Under the pieces are notes generated by a model. The model was not told where the DNA came from, made no database searches, and was given only the letters and a program-made list of their open reading frames with translations. Below are positions 39,666-50,835 of a stretch of DNA of 63,625 nucleotides, piece by piece; position 1 is the first letter of the stretch; the number at the start of each line of letters is the position of its first letter. The position numbers were made by a program, and so were the translations under genes. The DNA lies in contig MCFE01000517.1 of assembly GCA_002104905.1 (NCBI GenBank), positions 1 through 63,625 on the forward strand. The letters run 5' to 3'. The stretch is from Basidiobolus meristosporus CBS 931.73 (Eukaryota > Fungi > Basidiobolomycota).

Positions 39666-42059
39666 GACTTGTTCCATTGTACCATGCCAGGGCACATGGT
39701 GCAATCCACAGTCTCAAAGAACAATTGGGCACTGTGGTGGTGCATAAGTCCAAGGGAGAAATATATCCAACACTTCTTGAGTGTTTTGTGTGTGGGGTGT
39801 TCACTGGATGCAATAACCTCTGGCAAAAGCTTGCTAGGAATACTTTGGATCTGTCTCTAATCTAATGTGATGGGGAATAAAGCCACAAGCTTGTCAAGGG
39901 AAAACTAGTGAGCTACAATCCCCAACTTGGTTGGCATCTTAACAAAAGTATGTGCTGGGTTCAGCATCCTTTGAGATGACAATGTACTAAAGTTTCCAAA
40001 GTCAAAACAACTGTAAACTCCACCAGCAGGGACTTGATAGAATGCAGCTGTGGTCAATAGTTACAAAGACAGAAAAGTATCTTTGCCTGTACAAGAACAA
40101 ACTTGGGAAAGAATCAAATATAATAAAAGATACCTATGCTGAGTATTCCTCACAAGTAGTGCCTCCAAGGTCAGTTGGCTGTCAGTGCGGTTTCCTGGGA
40201 GTGTCCTGTAGTCTGGGGTTGGACGTTCAGGTGGCAGCAGGTAGCAGTGATCACGCTAATCAACAAGTTAGAATATTGATAAAAGGGATGATGATTTATT
40301 GTTGAGGGAAAGCCTCCCTTATATACTTCTCTTACTGGCTAAGTGATTACTAATCATGGTGTTCCAAACAGTTCCAGATATTAATAGAAATCTTTATGAC
40401 ATCAGAATGACCTAAGAATGTTCTAAGTAGGTGCCGGAAGATTCTAAGATGCACAGCACATCCAGCCAATCAGGAATCAGTATTCCAAAACCTGTGTAAC
40501 ATAGGGATACCATATATGGTAGGGAAATGGTAGGGATGGTGACATGGGTTGATCATGTGTTCCAGGTACTGGTGCGAGTACTTGCCTAATATAGAAGCAC
40601 TTATAGCTAGTAATCTTACATAAAGTGAGGGGTAACTTATGCAATAAGGTAAGCAGATGTGATAGTCAACCAGCTTATGGGATAGTACTGATCAGGTAAG
40701 ACAAATGGGATGAAACTAAAATAAGTGTAGTAGAGATAAAGGGAAGTAGAAAATAGGGGAATGCGCACATCTGTCAGTGAGTGTCACTCTCACCCTACTA
40801 CAGCACCATATTGTAGCTACCAGTAGGCAGGATTGCTCTTGGACAATTTTGCACCATGTGGGGCAATCTCATACACTATGACACAATCTGACACAATGAG
40901 GTTGGCACAAATGATTGCACCCACTTGTAATGTTTGCATCATATGCGCAATTGGATACCGCTATTATGGTAGGTAAATTCCAGTATTTGGATACGTTTCT
41001 TTAATGTAAATGGAAATAAATGTGTATCACACTATAAACTACACTGATACTTACCATTTTGGTTACCATCACTCCAATTGGGTGGTATCTCAGTGGTTTA
41101 TTGGTCCAAAAGTATCCTGAAGCTGTCAGCCCCCAATTGGCTCTTTGACCAATACACAAGCTACCTAATTCACCATCAAATATTTCATTTTGCCCATTAA
41201 GCAAGTAAATTCCTGATCCCAGTGATTGGACAAGGTGTCATAGCTAGCACGCAACCAATTGTATGGGTGCAAATCAGATCAAATAGCTTCACTAGTGCCA
41301 CAGATGATGTGTACATATGCAGGGTGTTTATTTATAGGGGTCCTGTCTCAAATGTGAGACAACCTTGATGTTGCTTATATCAAAAATTGAGTGATCACTG
41401 ATTTGCAATGGCTTGATGTGGATCGCAAAAAAATTGTGTTGTTTGAATCATTACAAAAAATGGCAATTGAATGCAATTGCATCATCTTCTCCTAGGCTTT
41501 TTTCTCACAGGGATTACTACTGAAGCATTTGGCAGTATTTCACTTTGCACATCTAAACTACTTTCTTGTTGACTATCCTCTTGGCTACTTGTGTATTTGT
41601 AGTCAGTATTTTGCCTCCTAGTTCATGAGTGCAATGCTGCAGCTTGGCCACGCTGAATTGCTCAGGATGTTGCAACTGAGCCAGCCTGCAGTGCTATGTG
41701 CTTACATGTTCTTTTACTTGCCAAAGGCTCTGGTGGTGGAGGCACTTCATGTGGGTCATTATCCATCAGTTTACCAGAAGAAACTTGCTGATGGTCAGGT
41801 GTAATGGCATGTGCAGATGCAAGTTGATGTGCTGACATGGCCCTTGGTTGAGTTCAATGTGATGCTGCTTGTTGATGCAACTTGGCCCGCTCCAATGGAC
41901 TTGTGTCTTTTTGAGCAGTTTGGTGGGTTTGAGTTGAGACTTGGTATCGGGACCAAATTGACACATTGGGATACTTATACAGTGGCATATTGGCATTAAC
42001 CTGGTCTTATATGAAATATATATGAAAACTAATGTGATTGTTGAGTTTTCCATATATTA
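39666..42059 (-). mobile_element. Older, internally deleted, inverted copy (A) of the GACTTGTTC element
   Basis: 39666-39732 plus 40807-41925 is the reverse complement of ~45525-46705; 41925-42059 is the reverse complement of ~44617-44760. CpG-decayed relative to copy B. Confidence 0.9.
39733..40802 (-). repeat. 1070-bp solo LTR, probably Gypsy-type
   Basis: TGTGGT...ACTACA ends with 4-bp TSD GCAC (39729-39732, 40803-40806). Removing it restores alignment of A with B. Second copy at 12007-12625. Confidence 0.85.
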
Positions 42060-42700
42060 GACTTGTTCTGTTGGATAGTGCCACATAGTGCCAGCCTGTT
42101 TATGGTACCAGATCAATCTGGCACTCTACGGCACTATCTGGCACTATAATTTCTACCATGATGCCAGTGGTATGGTACAGTTACTGGTAATTTTACTCAA
42201 TCTTACTTAAGTTGCTCAGAATAGTGTTTTCCTTGCTTTATTTACTCTTCATAATGCTTCATACACATTTCTCTCAGTGGATGTATTCTTGTATGAACAT
42301 ACTGTGCATTAATAAGTATCTTAACTATTTTACCTATTCTGCTGTTTTCTCCTATATATGACTTTCCTCTGTATTAACCTGCCAATATGCTGAATTGTGG
42401 TAATGGAAAGTATTCCATTACTACAATATCTCTAAACCAATATTGCACTCATTTCTTTATTTTGCTTTTTGCTATTGTAACACACAAGTGAAAGATCAAG
42501 AATTTCCAACTTTGAAGAACAAATGCTCCAGACCCTGACAAGCAATCCACCCAAGAATATTATGTCATGCAGAACACGTAGTAGCCAACACATGTTTCAA
42601 ATTACAGCTCATTTGAAGCAGTACTTAAGGAGTTATGACCAAAAGAGTCTAACTATTATATATACTATGCCTTATTGCTAGGATTACTATGGTGACTTTG

Positions 42701-42830
42701 ATCGCGTGTAACTTTTGAACCAGCCAATCAAATCACGTGATATTTTCACAGGTGCTGCGCCTATGTCCGATATGTGCCACTGCAAAATTTTAGCTGCGTA
42801 TCACGTGTATTGCTTGCGCAATCGCCCAAA
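42701..42830. promoter_or_regulatory. CpG-rich promoter-like patch (CCAAT box plus two CACGTG E-boxes)
   Basis: 9 CpG in 130 bp. CCAAT at 42724-42728, TCACGTGA at 42733-42740, TCACGTG at 42801-42807. Function is not shown. Confidence 0.4.
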
Positions 42831-43080
42831 AACTTTGATCCTTCAAAATTTTCATATATATGACTTCCCCAGCTGAAAAATAAAGAGAGAGCCTCTCTTT
42901 CCAGAATATCCACACTACAATTACAAGTTTAAAGGTTATAAGACTTCCCCTGCATCACTTGCACTGTTGAGTAATCTGACTTTGATCAGTACTACATCAG
43001 TAAAGAGACTGCAAAGCTCACAAGAATCCAATCTAAGTTCTACAAGAAACTACCACTTTTCTGTTGGAAAAGTCCCCTCT

Positions 43081-43308
43081 AAGAAACCCCTTTACTCTAA
43101 AGACACCCCTTTAGACACCCCTTTAGAGACCCCTTTAAGAAACCCCTTTACTCTAAAGAAGCCCCTTCAGGCACCCCTTTAGTGTAAAGTCCACTTTAGA
43201 GACCACTACAAGAAGCCCCTTTACTCTAAAGACACCCCTTTAGACACCCCTTTAGGTCTAAAGACCCCTTTAGAGACTTCTACAACACACCCCTTTAGGT
43301 TAAAGGGG
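43081..43308. repeat. Degenerate tandem array of CCCCTTTA units
   Basis: 11 exact CCCCTTTA copies, a higher-order AAGAA(A/G)CCCCTTTACTCTAAAGA unit three times, and one inverted TAAAGGGG at 43301. Confidence 0.9.
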
Positions 43309-43603
43309 AGTTCAGAATTTCCATATTAGGAAATATTTTCTCAGAAAGGAAAGTGACTTCCAAATAAGGAAAAGTTACTATAAAAGTAAATAAGCCCATT
43401 AGTCAACAGAAGGTCAGAACACTGCTCTAGAAGTGATAAACACTGCCTACAGTATATTTTGAGCCCAAGATTGAGGAAATTAGTGAAAGTTATATCTTCT
43501 ATCGGTATATCAAACTCCCAATAAACTATTTCAGTATTAGCATACTGGAAGTTGTTGTATATTGTTGATTAGTCTCTACATTGTAGAACAAGCCCCAAAC
43601 TAA

Positions 43604-44356
43604 TCATAATACAACACAACAGAATCTCTTCAGATATCCAAATGTATGCTCTACCCTCACTCTGAAATGATTAAATATCTCATTGTTGAGCTTCTGCTTC
43701 CTGCTAGGCACATCATTCCTTGGCTTTCTATAAGCTGTAATATATCCTAATCTCTGACAATCCTCTCCTATATTGGCTAAGTCTGCCATACATTTCTCCC
43801 CTCTACTGAATTCAGGATGATTCTCTACCCAGAGTGCTTTGTCATGCCTACTTCCAGCAAGTGGCCCACTAAACCAGATGATGTTACCCTCAATGTCAGA
43901 CAGTGCTTGAAACTTCACACAGTGTGCCTTGTACTTGCCAGAATAAAAGTGCCTCTGCCCTCTAGAAGGCCTGTTAATCCTCACTGGGAAGGTATCCAAA
44001 ATACTCCTGATATGGAACCTGTTGCTGAACACTCTGGGATATGGAAGTCTATTGGAGCTTCTGAACCTAGTATTTCAAGCTTGCTCTAAGTCATTCATAC
44101 CCTCTACAAGGTGGTTCTCCATTGCTGCCAGCTGGGAATGAAAGCTTCTAGGACTTTTGTTGCCATGTATGGTGGGATGAAACCTTGTAGGGCAATAGTT
44201 CTTGTAAAAGCAGAGAAGCTTAACAAGGGATCTCCTTGAGTAGATTGGGGTTGATGGTCCACAGTACTTGGAATAGATCTCCTCTAGTGTGTCAAAAGGA
44301 AATCCAGTGGTAGTGATGGGATTGATGAGAAAAGACCATTCAGATGAGTAAATCAT
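43604..44356 (-). pseudogene. IS5/ISL2/Harbinger-like DDE transposase (DDE_Tnp_4 type), one in-frame stop at 44075
   Basis: ILDTFPVRINRP, YSGKYKAHCVKFQ, GSRHD, MADLA, RVRVEHTFGYLKRF: D, D and E catalytic motifs. 44075-44356 and 43604-44032 share a frame. Confidence 0.88.
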
Positions 44357-44715
44357 ATTAAAATTGGTGGATGATTGTATGGAGGCAATTTGAATTGATT
44401 TGGCGCAATCTGAGTTATTTATCTGATTTTTAATACATTATGGTTAAATCTCCATCAATTGCCATGTATCCCATCATTATGTCACAAAAATCATCCGCAA
44501 ACAATGCCTTGGTACTTTTATTGATGCTTTAATCATAGGTCTATGATCAAATAGGAAATCTGCGATTGATGTGATCTGATCCATGTCAACGCAATCCAAG
44601 ATGCATCATACATAATATATGGAAAATTCAACAATCACATTAGCTTTCATATATATTTCATATAAGACCAGGTTGATGCCAATATACGGCTGTATAAGTA
44701 TCCAAATCCATTGCT

Positions 44716-45963
44716 ATGGTCCCCATACCAAGCCTCAACTTATCTTTAGTACAACCCAGACAAAACCCATCCCCCAGCTCACAAGCGCAGTCCAGACTGG
44801 AAAAGTCAATGTTAGATCCGTTTGAGTTCTTGCCAAATGATTTTAGTATGGCTCAAGTGTCTATGATGAGCCTTCATACAGAAATTTGGGCACTACTGAT
44901 TAATCTAGCAGGACTAGATATCTCAGAGAGTCAACAAAGATGGAAGAATTTGAGTAGAAAGCTGTGGAATGAGTTCTACATCAAGATGCCAGCCAATGTA
45001 GGTAAGAAGATATATAACAAGACAAGTATTGAAATCAAGAATGAGCTGAGAGTGAGGGGATTTGAGAAAGAAGCCGCGCAGGAATGATTTTGCGTGCAAT
45101 TTGCACAGTACAGGCTGGATGCATCCATTTGTGCCTCAACTTTGGGAACCAAAGAGATTTTGAATGAGTTTTTGCCTCAAATAACCAATGTACTACGTGA
45201 TATATTAGTAGAGCTAAGTGGCTGCCAAGAGCAATATACACAGGACTCATCCAGGCAACCGCTCCAAAGTATCAGACAGAGGGTAAGCAAATACCTTGAG
45301 GAATCAGATGGTGAGCTTCAGGAGGAAGAATACAGACCGCAAGCAACATTGTCCAGATTGCACCAGCACGCCTTGCTGGATTCCCTACCATCTCTTGCAA
45401 CCACAGTGCACCAGTGCACGTCAGTCCAGACCATGCCAACACCCTTTACCAGAACGCCCCGCATTGAGTCAATGCACGTTGGGCCAACACGCGTGCTTCA
45501 GAGCAAAACTACAAGAACTTGCCAAACTGCTCATTTAGACACAAGTCCATTGGAGCAGACTAAGTCATGTCAACATGCAGCATCATATTGAATTCAGCCA
45601 AGGGCCATCTCAACGCGTCAAGGCGCATCTGCACATGCCATTTTGCCTGACCATCAGCAAGTTACTTCTGGTGAACTGACTGATGATGACCAACATGAAG
45701 TGCCTCAACCACTGGAGCCCTTAGCAAGTAAAAGAACGCGTCAGCATGTGGCACTACAGGCCAGTTTAGTTGGTTCAGTTGGAGCAATTCAGCGCGGCCA
45801 AGCTGCAGCATTGCACTCATCAACTAGGGGGCAAAATACTGACTACAAATATACAAGTAGCCAAGATGATAGTCAGCCAGGAAGTAGTATAGGTGCGCAA
45901 AGTGAGTCACTACCAAATGCTTCAGTAGTAATCCCTGTGAGAAAAAAACCCAGGAGAAGATGA
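44716..45963 (+). pseudogene. Partner ORF of element B (~415 codons, two in-frame TGA), possible Myb/SANT/MADF-like DNA-binding protein
   Basis: 44716-45087, 45094-45591 and 45643-45963 share a frame. Helical N-terminal part with W...QQRWKNL, S/T/Q/P-rich middle, C-terminal RKKPRRR NLS-like motif. The domain call is an inference. Confidence 0.6.
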
Positions 45964-47029
45964 TGCAATTGCTTTGAATTGCTCATATTTGTAATGATCC
46001 TGACAACCCGTTTTTTTTGCCATCCGAATTGAGCCATTGCAAATCAGTGATCATCAAATTTTTGATAAAAGTAATATAAAGGTTGTCTCACATTTGAGAC
46101 AGAACACCTATAAATAAACACCCTGCATATATATACATCATTTGTAATACCAGTGCAGCTATTGGATCCGTTTTGCACCTACACAATTGCTTGCGTGCTA
46201 GCTATGACACCTTGTCCAATCACTAGGATCAGGGATTTACTTGCCCAATGGGCAAAATGGAATATTTGATGGCAAATCAGGTAGCTTTTTTAGTAGTTAA
46301 TGAGGCAATTGGGGGCTGCCAGCTTCAGGATACTTTTGGATCAATTAACCACTGAGATACTGTCCAATTGGAGTGAGGGTAACCAAAATGGTAAGTATCA
46401 GTGTAGTTTATAGTGTGGTACACATTTATTTTCATTTACATTAAAGAAACATATCCAAATACCGGATTTTACCTGCCATAATAGCGGTATCCAATTGCTC
46501 ACGTGATGCAAATATTACAAGTTGGCACAATCATCCGTGCCAACCTCATTGTGTCAGATTGTGCCATAGTGTGCAAGATTGTCCCGCACAGTGTGAAATT
46601 GTCCAAGAACAATCCTGCCTTCTGGTGGCTATAATATTGCGCCTGATTGTTCTTGACAACCGTGGATTGCGCCGTGCACCCTGGCACGGTACAATGGAAC
46701 AAGTCTAATGCTATTATATCACTTTTTGGTCAATACTCATGTTAATCTAAGACAGTCTTGTATTTGAGACATTCCACCTTCATGAATGTAAGATTCAATG
46801 ATGACCCGCCATAGTACGCATTACAAATAAGGTTGTGGCACCACATAAACATGTATATGTAGAACTATTTCCCCCTTGGTTTGACTCACTTCCATGTATA
46901 TGCCACCAAAAATAAAGCACAGTCATCTGGTTCCCAACTAAACCCCATTGTGGACTGCAACAGAAGAACAGTTGGACAACAGCTAGCTTTGACATATATT
47001 GCAACTTGCAGGGCCACTTCCAAACAAGG

Positions 47030-48846
47030 CCATGTTAGCCGTTTGCACACTTAAGGTAATAATGCAGACTCCACAGGCTCTCAGTTGAGTAGACAATTGA
47101 GAACCTCTGCTGAGCTAGAAGCTGACTGGTATGCTCAGGCAGATGAGAATGTAGCAAATGCAGTACCCTCAGTTGAAGACCAGCAAGTGGCTGTCATAAC
47201 ATCACCACCACCCATATCAGCAAGTACATTGACAGCTTGTACCAAAGCATTAATAAAGCAATTAGGTGCAGTGGCTGATGGGATAGATGCAATGGCCCAG
47301 AGAAATCAGGAAATAGTCCAGAAACATGATGAGTGGATGATACATATAGAGCAATCTGTATCCCAGGTAGAGAAGGCAGTATCTTTGCTGCAAAGAAGGA
47401 ACTCAAGTAGCTCAATGTCACAGACAAGAATTGAGCCATTTCCCAATGTCACAGCCCAGGAACAACATAGAGTCTTTGAAGCACAACAACAGTGCCCAAA
47501 GATAAAGCCCACAGAAAAACCTATCACAGCACGGGAGGGAGACAATGTGATATTAATACCAAAGCCTAAAAGTCAAAAGACATTGAAGATCTATGAAGCT
47601 GTTGAGTGCAATAATGAAGAGTGGGCTAATATTCAAGAGGCCATCAGAAATTTAGCATGCCATCACCTTAAGGCTGGCATACCATAGGACCATCAGGAAC
47701 TTAAGGCCAAGCAGAATGCACTTGACTTGTTTCATGAGCATTATCCTGGATTCAAATGGGCAAATGGATTTTGGTCCAGCATTAGTATGCTAACAAGGTA
47801 TATTAAGAGTAGCAGGAACTATCAAAGGCAGAAGAATAAGGGAGCCATAGCTAAAAACCAGCAGCTTCCTCAAGAGCCCATTACAAGCAGGGCCAAAAGC
47901 TCCAGTCAAGTGTCAAAGGGATGTCAGGTAGCTGGAAGAGTGTCAATTAGGGGCAAGCAGGCAGACATGGATGCACCAGCTCAACATTTTTCAAGGAAAA
48001 AGCGTAGTACCACTCAAGAAGTGCTTAGTCAAAGTAGCAGTGAAGGACCTGGCAGTGATTAAGACCAGCAGCTTTTACAGGGGCCTGTCACAACTATGGT
48101 TCAGAGCTTGAAACAAGAGGAAAAGAAATGTCAGGTTGCCTGAAGAGTACCAGCAAGGAACAAGCAGGCCAAAACAAATATGTCAAAGCAGTGTTTATCA
48201 AGGAGAAAGCGTAGTTCATTACAAGAAGCACTCAGATAGAGTAGCTGTGAAAGACCTGGCTGTGATGAAGAAAAAGGTATTGGAAAAATGTCTACCCAAG
48301 TCTGAGACAGGGAGGCATGAAGAAAATACTGCAGTTCTTGCCAATTAACGTTGCAAGCTTGGATCAGACTGAATCCCATCATAGCCAAGAAGAATTACCA
48401 ACAAGAAAACAGCTGCTTTCACAAGAGTTGGAAGTGCAGCCAGTTGAGCTACACTCCAGCATGGTAGATGATTTTGCAGAAAAAGGCAATTTGTCTGCCA
48501 TAGCCTCCACATCCTACATTATTGACAGATTGGAGATCCCACTGACAGACAAGGATACAATGTCAAGAGCTTGAAAGACAATCACAATGCCTTCAGTGGA
48601 ATTTGGAGCATCAATAGGCACACTAAGAGGTTGCAGCACTTTCTCAGGAGCAGTGCTCAGGAAAACACACTTGAATTTTGCAAAGATTTATTGCAAAGAC
48701 TGGCAGATGAGGTGCAAGACCTTGCAGTGCCAGCTGAATACCAGGACATGAGGGAACCATTGAATGAACAGTGGCATAAAGCCATTGGGTTCTTGCCAAA
48801 GTTATGGAACCACAGCTTTGTAGCAGAAATACTTTTTGAGTGGTGA
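47030..48846 (+). pseudogene. CACTA ORF2 of copy C1, the most complete copy (~600 codons, with stops and frameshifts)
   Basis: ORF pieces 47085-47687, 47727-48062, 48317-48574 and 48571-48846. Coiled-coil-like and basic (RKKRS) segments. At least six homologous copies in the window. Confidence 0.75.
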
Positions 48847-49297
48847 GCTTTAATGGAAATACTTTTTGAGTGTGGGGTTGAGCTTAATGTTAGTGTAGGG
48901 TGTAGGGGCTTTTTTGGGTCAATATAATTAGTAATTGAGGTACAACTGAAGTTTCAACAGAAACAAGTCAATTTATATACATGAAAAGTAAGAGAAACAG
49001 TTACCTCAGCAAGTAAGGAGTGCAAAAAGAGGCAATACCCAATCAATGCACACAAATGTGGGAGGTGATTGAGTGTCCAGGATCAGAAAGTGATGAAATT
49101 GGCAGGGAAACAGTCAAAAGCCACTTATACATTGTTGTGATGAAAAATTTGACCAAGTTTTTGTGAAATCTGGGGTGCAATTATTTATCAATGGTCTCTG
49201 GATGGTGTCCTGATGGGATCAGTACCTCTTAGTCATGGGACTTCAACTTTCTGATGGCCTTTTGATGGGAGCATTACAATAATTTTTCATAGGGACA

Positions 49298-50835
49298 GAT
49301 TCTCTACTAATAAAGTACTTCTCTCAGACTCCAATGAGTACTTATACTCAGGTGCAAAAACTAAAGTGCAAAGACTGGATGAGCTGGATATGTACTTATT
49401 CAAGTGGCCTTTTGAAGCCATTTCTACTAAGTGTACATTGAAAGCATTAGGAGCTATATGTTGACATTGTTGGAGTATTTACCCAGAAGCAGATCACCAT
49501 TGCCAACTTGATGCATATACAGCTTTTATGCAAGGAGTTTGTGATGGAATTTGAATGGCTATAATGCAAGGATAAAGCTGATCACATAGATCTTTGCTGT
49601 TAATGTATCCATTCTATATTCTATCTTGCTTGGTGTGTGGATAATATTTGGCCTTGCTTCACCTTTTGGGAGTTTCCTCTGGAGCAGATATGTGGGGAGA
49701 TAGGAAGACAATTCAAGTTGTAGGTACTACCATATCCCAATCTCATCTAGAATATTACCTTCAAGTCTGTCATGAATGTGAAGAGTTTTCAAATCAAGGA
49801 CAGCCAGGAATAGTTGGAAATACTGAGGACAGAAGTGCACATGGAGGCACCTTTGCCTCTAGCAATATGAAGCCAAGCAGCCCCAATGTGTTGGTAATCA
49901 GTTAAGTAATGCAAAGTTGGGTTGGGTGCAACTGACAGCTCATGTTAGTAGAGCCACTTTAACAAAGTATTCTGGGTTTCACTTGGTCATATGCCAGTTT
50001 CCATGCCATTCAATATGGAAATCACCCAAACAAGAGCCAGAGCTCACCTATCAGGGGGGCTAGAATCCTGCAGGGAGAAGGAATATATTGGCTAAATACC
50101 AATAAGTTCTTTGCTGAGATTCAGGAGTTACTCATGGCAAAAGGGGCCGCAACCAAGTAAATGTTTGCAGGATCTATTTGTTACCAACAATACAATGTAT
50201 ATGCCAACTTTGCAAGTATCTCACTAAAATGCTATAAAGTTGAGGTGATTGAATTGTGTCAATTGCAGTGGGTTGCACATATTCAGAGGTAAATAAGCAG
50301 GAGGCCATAGTTTTTTTTATTCAAACTTTATGCAGAATACCTAAGGTAGTAGTAGGTAAATGAATACATAGGGGTGACTTTACTGTGGTAATATGAATGG
50401 TGCAAGGGGAGGTGGAAAAAGGAAATATCATTTGGTAAACTGGTATGGTAGCATCATACAGAACAAGCTGTAAGCTGCTACACTCCCATAATAATGCCAG
50501 CAGAGGTTTGCAATGAGACCATTAGAACACTGTCAAGTTTCTTGTTATATAAGGCAACTGGATGTATTGGCTGGTTAGGTCTGCTCATATATATGTAGAG
50601 TGCATCAGGACTATTAGAATACCATGTAATTCTTGTCTAAAGACAGCTAAAATACCAACAAGTTGTTAACTTTTTTTTTGCAGTAAAATCAGCAGAATAC
50701 CATTGCAATTCTGTCAGAAGATTGTGTAGAGGGCCAATAATTCTGAGCTGCCAGCATTACAATGGACTCATTGCAGGATCCAAACAGCTGATCTGGATTG
50801 GATCAACCTGTAGGACAAAATTATTTTTCATATGG
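49298..50835 (+). mobile_element. CACTA copy P4, second part, terminus at ~50835
   Basis: DUF4218-like region followed by ...ggacaaaattatttttcatatgg. Confidence 0.75.

Larger units (their letters stand above)
42060..46705. mobile_element. Putative formerly autonomous GACTTGTTC element (B, 4646 bp), PIF/Harbinger-IS5-like
   Basis: Termini GACTTGTTCTG and TGGAACAAGTC. Contains a DDE transposase and a divergent partner ORF. The flanks TATTA and TAATG do not match, so it is not a simple insertion. Confidence 0.7.
38938..49294. mobile_element. CACTA/CMC copy C1 with both termini, nested in its own family's transposase gene
   Basis: TIRs CCCTATGAACAATAATT and (reverse complement) CCCTATGAAAAATTATT. 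3-bp TSD ACA (38935-38937, 49295-49297). About 2.4 kb of its interior is replaced by 39666-46705. Confidence 0.92.

Noticed and set aside
43081-43308. Interstitial telomere, and the repeat-derived ORF 42967-43182
   Set aside because: The unit is CCCCTTTA with variable linkers rather than a canonical telomeric repeat. The peptide periodicity simply mirrors the DNA repeat.
39666-46705. One giant element with ~1.2-kb TIRs
   Set aside because: The flanks CAATA and TAATG map to different host positions 2.4 kb apart. The left arm includes ORF2 and promoter pieces, so it is a second, deleted copy.
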